DNA of 64,000 bases from a virus (taxonomy: Duplodnaviria; Caudoviricetes). Below, piece after piece: positions 58,353 to 64,000 of this stretch. The first letter of the stretch is position 1. Each line of letters starts with the position of its first letter. The notes below the pieces were generated by a model. The model made no database searches. It was not told where the DNA came from and worked only from the letters and a program-made list of their open reading frames with translations. The position numbers and the translations under genes are program-made. Location of the stretch: the IMG/VR virus record IMGVR_UViG_3300015608_004971. One strand, given 5' to 3'.

Positions 58353-59403
58353 TCTTATGACAGACCAAGGAAAAAAGACAAAGAATAAGAAAATTCAGCG
58401 CGTTTCAATGAAAAAAAAGCTCTGTGTAGCCGGTGTCATTGACATGTATGATATGCCTGATTTTACCGATCTTAGAACATTGGCAAACTTACCAACAAAT
58501 AAAGATCAAAGCTTATTTGAGAACGCATGTCTTCAGGCCATACATGCTGGCGCGACATATCTTTTTGTTATGTGTCCAAAAGAACATATAAACTATTTTA
58601 AAGAAAAATATAAAACATATGTCTATCTTCAAAAAAGAGGAACAAAAAGTGCAAAAGTTGGATTTCCAATTTATTGGTTTTGCAGGATAGAAAATTTATT
58701 TGAAAACAAAAAAGGAAGTCAAAAAACAAAAACACTTTTATCGGCCTATAAACAAATAAACTCATACTTTAAAACAATATCAAGATTGTATGTTCCGGAC
58801 TTCTTTATTTATATGCCATTAAATTGTTTATATGATGTTAGATTTGTTATTCAAAGATTTTATGCTTATAAGAAATTTGTTAATGGCCTAAAGATTTCTG
58901 CTTTAAACCCTAAAGATCCTGATAATTACATGTTTGTTATCAAAACAGAAACAATAAAAAAAGCTATAACATTTTTCTTTCGTTCATCTAATGCAATTGT
59001 ATCTTTTAAGAATTTTTTTAATAATAACTTTGAATGTGTATATAAGTTTTATTTAGGATGGAGTTATGTTATTAATTCTTTTTCTGACTATAGAGAATAT
59101 GTTATTAGTGATTTTTCAAATCATTATACATGTAAATTAACATTTGTTGAAGATTATAAACATATGTGGATTTATAAAGATAAAAAGAGTTCTCTTTTTT
59201 CATTTAGAAGTATTTGGAAGAGAGATAATTTCTTTAAATCCGTCCATATTGGGTTAAAACCTGGAATATACCAAAATGAGCATGAAAAGAAAGTATTTTC
59301 TTATGAACAAGAAACAGAGCAAAAATTTGAAGAATTTGATAAAATTGCACAATCAGAAGTAGATGAAATTAAAGAATCTTTTAAGGAAAAATATGAAAAA
59401 TAA
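58345..59403 (+). CDS. Hypothetical protein, possibly a degenerate nucleotidyltransferase fold
   Basis: VAGVI...LP....LFENA...AIHAGATYLFV resembles an NTP-transferase N-terminus without the GxG motif. Confidence 0.5.
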   Translation: MDNLMTDQGKKTKNKKIQRVSMKKKLCVAGVIDMYDMPDFTDLRTLANLPTNKDQSLFENACLQAIHAGATYLFVMCPKEHINYFKEKYKTYVYLQKRGTKSAKVGFPIYWFCRIENLFENKKGSQKTKTLLSAYKQINSYFKTISRLYVPDFFIYMPLNCLYDVRFVIQRFYAYKKFVNGLKISALNPKDPDNYMFVIKTETIKKAITFFFRSSNAIVSFKNFFNNNFECVYKFYLGWSYVINSFSDYREYVISDFSNHYTCKLTFVEDYKHMWIYKDKKSSLFSFRSIWKRDNFFKSVHIGLKPGIYQNEHEKKVFSYEQETEQKFEEFDKIAQSEVDEIKESFKEKYEK

Positions 59404-59875
59404 AAATAAAATTCTAAATCTAGATGATTATAAAAAAGAATTTCCAAAAATAATATTTTTAAGATATCAAGATACAATATATTTTGATGAACTTCTAAAA
59501 AGTAGCTATTCTTTTGCCGATTTATTAGAAAAATCAAATAAAATTTTAAATGAAATAAATATAAAATTTCCAAATATAAAAAATGAAGATATTATTTTTA
59601 ATTTTGTTCAATGTTATGATCATAATGATGATATATCTGGTGTAAAAAGCCTAAATATCTCAGTCAAAGATGAAGAGACTGATGAAGAATACGAAGAGAG
59701 GGTAAAAACACAGTTTAAATATTATTTAAAAGATAAAGAAAGAGAACAAAAAGAAAAAGAACGTAAAAAGCAAGATAAAATAAAAATTGAAGAGCTAGAG
59801 TGGGAAACTTATTTAAAACTTAAAAGTAAATTCTCTAATAAAGAAAAAAAGGATATAGATGATGTTTCAAAATAA
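59393..59875 (+). CDS. Hypothetical protein
   Basis: Likely start ATG 59393 (AAGGA RBS); charged coiled-coil C-terminus. Confidence 0.55.
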   Translation: MKNKNKILNLDDYKKEFPKIIFLRYQDTIYFDELLKSSYSFADLLEKSNKILNEINIKFPNIKNEDIIFNFVQCYDHNDDISGVKSLNISVKDEETDEEYEERVKTQFKYYLKDKEREQKEKERKKQDKIKIEELEWETYLKLKSKFSNKEKKDIDDVSK

Positions 59876-62669
59876 AAAATTTGTTGGTCTTCATGCTCAC
59901 GATTGTTTTTCAATTTTTGATGGGTTTGGATATCCAAGCGAGCATATTGATTATGCTGTATCTAATGGTATGGATGCTCTTGCTGTAACAAATCACGGCA
60001 ATATGGATTCTCTTTCTTATCAAGTTTTACATGCAAAGAAAATTAATTCTGAGGGTATTAATTTTAAGCCAATTTATGGTGTTGAAGCGTATTTTGTTCC
60101 TTCTCTATTGGATTGGAGAGAAGCTTATGAAAAAGCAAAAGAAGAAAAGAAAGTAAAAGACAGTGCAGATGATGAAAAAATGTCTGTTGAAGATGAGGAA
60201 CAAACAAAATCTGCTGAAAAATCGTTTTTAAAGAAACGTCACCATCTTGTCTTACTTGCTATGAATGAAACTGGATTGAAAAATATTTTTAAACTCGTTT
60301 CCATGTCACATCAGGCAGAAAATTTCTATTCATATCCAAGAATTGACTTTGAAATGTTAAAAAAATATAACGACGGCGTAATATGTCTTCAAGCTTGTCT
60401 TGGCGGCTATCTTGCAAAAGCTATCTGGGAGAATAAAGATAAAGATAGAGAAACCATCAAAAATGAAATGACAAAAAGAGCTAAACAGTTTGTTGATATT
60501 TTTGGTGATAGATATTATCTAGAATTACAATGGAATGCAATCCCCGAACAACATCTTTTAAATAAAATATCTCTTGAAATTGCAAAAGAAAATGGAATAA
60601 AATTTGTTTCGACAGCAGATTCACATTACCCAACGCCAGATTCTTGGAAGCAACGGGAAATATATAAAAGACTTGGATGGCTTGGAAATAAACCAGATTA
60701 TTCTATAGATGATCTTCCAAAAACCAGAGAAGAGCTCAAATATGAAATTTATCCAAAAAATTATGAGCAAATGTTTGATGCTTATAAAAAATATTCTAAA
60801 ATATGCAACGAAGAATATAATGAGCAAGACGTCATTCAATCTTTAGATGAAACAGCAGATATTGCCTATAATAGAATAGAAACATTTTATCCCGATTCAA
60901 AGGTAAAACTTCCACAATTTCTCTTGGATAAAGATAAAAAGCCAATTCAACAATTGGCTGAAATCTGCATTCAAAAAATGAAAGAATTAAAATTAGATAA
61001 GAATAATGATTATATTGAAAGAATTCATAAAGAGCTTGATGTCATAAATAAAAGAAATTTTGCTGCTTATTTTATAACAATGAAAGCAATATCTGACGAA
61101 GCAAGACAAGTACAATTGTGTTCACCCGGAAGAGGTTCTGCCGCTGGTTCTCTTATAGCGTTTCTTTGTGGAATAACAACGATAGATCCAATACAATATA
61201 ATCTTCAATTTGAAAGGTTTCTATTAGAAGAAGGGACAGACTATCCAGACATAGACTTTGACTGTTCAGAACCAATGGAGTTAAAAGAAATTTTAACTGA
61301 AAAGTGGGGGAAAGAAAAAGTAATTCCAATTACAAATTTCAATAAACTTAAATATCGTTCTCTTATTAAAGATGCATCAAAGCTTCTTGGAATAGACTAT
61401 CAAGAGGTTAATGCTGTCACAAGCATTATGCTTGCAGAGGCGACACCTGCTGCAAAAAGAAAAAACGACATAAAAGCTGGTGCATATGAGCCAACATATG
61501 AAGAGGTTGTTGAATTTTCACCATCATTAAGAGAATATTATAAAAAATATCCTGATGTTGAGAAGACAATTAATGGTCTATTGGGACAAATTAAGTCTCG
61601 CTCTCGTCATGCTGGCGGAATTGTACTCGGTGACGATTTAACTACAGAAATGCCCTTAATATCGTCAAAAGGCGTAATGCAAACCCCTTGGTCAGAGGGT
61701 CAACACGTTAGACATTTAGAGCCACTTGGTTTTATTAAATTTGATATTCTCGGAATTGATACTCTAAATATGATTTCCGATTGTATTCGACGTATTATCC
61801 AAAAAGAAGATAAAAAAGAAGAAGTTTCTTTTCAAGAAATAAAAGATTGGTATATTAAGTATTTGGACCCATCAAATAATAATTTTGATGATAAAAAAGT
61901 ATATGAAAATGTTTTTCATAATGAAAAATGGCCAGGAATATTTCAATTTACAAAGCCAGATGCACAATCATTCTGTTCAAAAGCAAAACCATATTCAATT
62001 GCTGATTTATCTGCGATCACATCAATCTATAGGCCGGGACCAATTTCGGCTAATGTTCATAATGAATATGTACGCGTAAAATATGAAAAAGAAGAAAATA
62101 AGTTTATGAAAGATGATAGAATAAAAACAATCTTATCAGAAACAAGTGGCTTTCTTATCTATCAAGAACAAATTGCATCACTAACTGCACTCTTGGGAAA
62201 GAATATTTCTTTGAATGAAGGAAATTATTTAAGAAAACTTTTGACAAAGAAAGGCACAGGAAAAGGTCTGGATAAGATTGAGCTTATTAAAGAAAAATTT
62301 CTTGAAGGTGCGAAAGAAAAAGGCTTGACCAATTCTATAGCTAATGAGCTTTGGGAAAATATGGAAAATTTTGCGACGTATGGCTTCAATAAATGTCTTG
62401 ACGGGGAAACAACTTTTGTAATGACAAAAGAATCTGGCAAGAAAAAAATAAAAGATGTTCAAGCAGGCGAACATGTTCTTTCAAAAAATGGCTTTGTTAA
62501 AGTTCTTGATATTATGAATCAAGGAAAGAAAAAATTAGTAAAATTAACGACAGCATCAGGCAAAGTTCTCTGTCTAACAAAAGATCACAAGGTTGATACG
62601 GAAAAAGGAATGATGAGACTGGAAGATGCTTTAAAAAATAAATTAAAAATAAGAATTTTAGAAGAATAA
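59859..62669 (+). CDS. dnaE: DNA polymerase III alpha, N-terminal part fused to split-intein N half
   Basis: PHP motifs (HAH..FS.FDG, TNHG, HLVLLA, DSHY); GRGSAAGS; PDIDFD; HAGG; KFDILG; GIFQF; YQEQ; YGFNK|CLDG. Confidence 0.95.
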   Translation: MMFQNKKFVGLHAHDCFSIFDGFGYPSEHIDYAVSNGMDALAVTNHGNMDSLSYQVLHAKKINSEGINFKPIYGVEAYFVPSLLDWREAYEKAKEEKKVKDSADDEKMSVEDEEQTKSAEKSFLKKRHHLVLLAMNETGLKNIFKLVSMSHQAENFYSYPRIDFEMLKKYNDGVICLQACLGGYLAKAIWENKDKDRETIKNEMTKRAKQFVDIFGDRYYLELQWNAIPEQHLLNKISLEIAKENGIKFVSTADSHYPTPDSWKQREIYKRLGWLGNKPDYSIDDLPKTREELKYEIYPKNYEQMFDAYKKYSKICNEEYNEQDVIQSLDETADIAYNRIETFYPDSKVKLPQFLLDKDKKPIQQLAEICIQKMKELKLDKNNDYIERIHKELDVINKRNFAAYFITMKAISDEARQVQLCSPGRGSAAGSLIAFLCGITTIDPIQYNLQFERFLLEEGTDYPDIDFDCSEPMELKEILTEKWGKEKVIPITNFNKLKYRSLIKDASKLLGIDYQEVNAVTSIMLAEATPAAKRKNDIKAGAYEPTYEEVVEFSPSLREYYKKYPDVEKTINGLLGQIKSRSRHAGGIVLGDDLTTEMPLISSKGVMQTPWSEGQHVRHLEPLGFIKFDILGIDTLNMISDCIRRIIQKEDKKEEVSFQEIKDWYIKYLDPSNNNFDDKKVYENVFHNEKWPGIFQFTKPDAQSFCSKAKPYSIADLSAITSIYRPGPISANVHNEYVRVKYEKEENKFMKDDRIKTILSETSGFLIYQEQIASLTALLGKNISLNEGNYLRKLLTKKGTGKGLDKIELIKEKFLEGAKEKGLTNSIANELWENMENFATYGFNKCLDGETTFVMTKESGKKKIKDVQAGEHVLSKNGFVKVLDIMNQGKKKLVKLTTASGKVLCLTKDHKVDTEKGMMRLEDALKNKLKIRILEE
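62394..62669 (+). mobile_element. Split intein N half (IntN, 91 aa)
   Basis: Block A CLDGETTFV, block B LTKDHKV, then stop TAA. Confidence 0.88.
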
Positions 62670-62671
62670 AA

Positions 62672-62972
62672 ATGAAAAAAATCAAACTAGAATGCTTAGA
62701 GTGCAAGCAAGAAGTTACATCTAATACGATAAAAATGCATACCAAAAATAAAATTAGCAATAGAAATAGATGGTGATTTTTGGCATGTTAATGAGCATGC
62801 AGGCTATTCTTTAAAATATGCAAGCCAAAAGAAGAACTTAATTAATGATAAATTAAAAAATGATTTTCTTATAAAAAATTACTGGACAATTATACGTTTA
62901 TGGGAAGCTGATATAAAAGCTGATAATAAATTATGTGTAGAACAAATAAAGGAAAAAATAAATGAATTATAA
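62672..62972 (+). pseudogene. Decayed Vsr/DUF559-like endonuclease between the dnaE halves
   Basis: ATG 62672 MKKIKLECLECKQE... stops at 62776. The +1 frame from 62739 reads IPKIKLAIEIDGDFWH...NDKLKNDF...WTIIRLWE...EL* with no start codon. Confidence 0.75.
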
Positions 62973-63948
62973 TTCAAAATTTGATGAGATTCTTTTTGTT
63001 GAAGAAATTGATGAAAATGAAACATATGATCTTGAGGTTGATAGCGAAGATCATACATTTTTTGCAAATGGCATTTCTGTTTCAAATTCTCATGCGGTCT
63101 CATATAGTATTGTTTCCTATCACTGCGCATATCTATTTACACACCACCCCGACGAATGGATTATGGCTTTTTTAGATAAAACAGTAGAAAATGAAAAAGA
63201 AGAAGCAATCAATATTGTTAAAAGTTTAGGCTACGAGATTAGACCTGTCTCAATTATTAATTCAAAAAATGAATGGACAATGGATGAAGATAAAAAATTA
63301 ATTCAACCATTTACCTTCATTAAAGGTCTTGGTGAAAAAGCCATTGAGCAAATTTATATTGGACGTCCTTTTTCTAAAATAGAAGATTTTATTTTTAATG
63401 ATAAAATCACTTATTCTAAATTAAATAAAAAATCATTAGACGTCTTAATTAGATCTGGTGCTCTTTCTGAATTGATGGATGAACGTTTTACTGGCCAAAA
63501 ACATTTTTGGAAATCAGTAGCAGAAGACCGTCCAAAAACTATAAAAGCTTTTAATGAAAATATTGAAAAATATAAAGATGAAGGTGATTTTAGTTTAGAA
63601 GAAAAAATTGATTTTAAAATATCTTTAACAGGAACATATCCTTTTGATCTTGTTGTAGATTATAAATCATTAAATATTTTAAAGAAAAACGAAATTAATT
63701 CTATTTCTGAGTTTGATTATGAAAATCCATTTGTGTGGTTTTTGGTAACAGACAAAGTAGAAAAAACCACACGAAATGGTAAAAAGTACACCATACTAAC
63801 AGTGACAGACTTGACAAATAAGATGGTTGAGGTAAAATGTTGGCATGAAACTGGTTCGATTCAAAAACATGCAATTTATCTATCGAAGTTAACTCATGAT
63901 GAGTGGGGCTTCTCATCAAGAAGTGAGAAAAATTTTAAGAAAATTTAA
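62962..63948 (+). CDS. dnaE: Split-intein C half (42 aa) fused to DNA polymerase III alpha C-terminal part
   Basis: TYDLEV...HTFFANGISVSN|SHAVSY; HhH IKGLGEKA; OB-fold KTTRNGKKY; own ATG with AAGGA upstream. Confidence 0.92.
   Translation: MNYNSKFDEILFVEEIDENETYDLEVDSEDHTFFANGISVSNSHAVSYSIVSYHCAYLFTHHPDEWIMAFLDKTVENEKEEAINIVKSLGYEIRPVSIINSKNEWTMDEDKKLIQPFTFIKGLGEKAIEQIYIGRPFSKIEDFIFNDKITYSKLNKKSLDVLIRSGALSELMDERFTGQKHFWKSVAEDRPKTIKAFNENIEKYKDEGDFSLEEKIDFKISLTGTYPFDLVVDYKSLNILKKNEINSISEFDYENPFVWFLVTDKVEKTTRNGKKYTILTVTDLTNKMVEVKCWHETGSIQKHAIYLSKLTHDEWGFSSRSEKNFKKI
63811..63838 (+). promoter_or_regulatory. Possible sigma70-type promoter in the dnaE 3' end
   Basis: TTGACA-N16-TAAAAT upstream of the next gene. 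Confidence 0.35.
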
Positions 63949-63961
63949 AAAAGAGGAAAAA

Positions 63962-64000
63962 ATGTTTAAAGTTTTAAAAATTTATAATGATTCAAAAATT
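63962..64000 (+). CDS. Start of next gene, 3'-partial (MFKVLKIYNDSKI...)
   Basis: GAGG RBS and ATG; open to the end of the window. Confidence 0.5.
   Translation, partial: MFKVLKIYNDSKI

Noticed and set aside
62394-63087. Group I intron, or a simply broken cis intein that inactivates dnaE
   Set aside because: No intron-like structure is visible. IntN ends cleanly, IntC has its own ATG/RBS, and the three parts are coupled like separate genes. An assembly error remains possible and needs read checking.
1-64000. The many 60-150 aa minus-strand and nested plus-strand ORFs in the track
   Set aside because: They lie within or across well-supported + strand genes and read as codon-bias shadows.
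1-64000. CRISPR array, tRNA or rRNA genes
   Set aside because: No periodic repeats or cloverleaf motifs seen, and intergenic gaps are at most about 120 nt.

Overview
This is a 64-kb, very AT-rich, densely coding segment of a large T4-like (contractile-tailed) dsDNA bacteriophage genome. Every credible gene is on the + strand in the standard code, and many are translationally coupled. In order: putative baseplate/fibre genes (1-11.3 kb); Dam-type MTase, RuvC, primase and a fused SbcD-SbcC; holin/spanin-like membrane genes; a head module (terminase, portal, amidoligase-like enzyme, prohead protease, ribosomal protein bS21, scaffold, major capsid); a Hef-like endonuclease and an ADP-ribosyltransferase-like gene; neck, sheath, tube, tail chaperone with a probable +1 frameshift, tape measure and baseplate; then a replication/nucleotide module (stand-alone PolA domain, degenerate tubulin-like protein, SSB, RecA, 5' nuclease, DnaB and class II RNR each with a mini-intein, GroES-like, DenV-like, second Dam, ThyX, DnaE). 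The most striking feature is a fractured dnaE: two ORFs carry the halves of a split intein (basic IntN, acidic IntC) around a decayed Vsr-like endonuclease. Two promoter classes are visible: CTTGAC-N16-18-TAnnnT sigma70 promoters, mostly buried inside coding sequence, and a CTATTTA candidate late motif. I saw no tRNA, rRNA or CRISPR array. All calls come from motif recognition by eye; no database searches were run.
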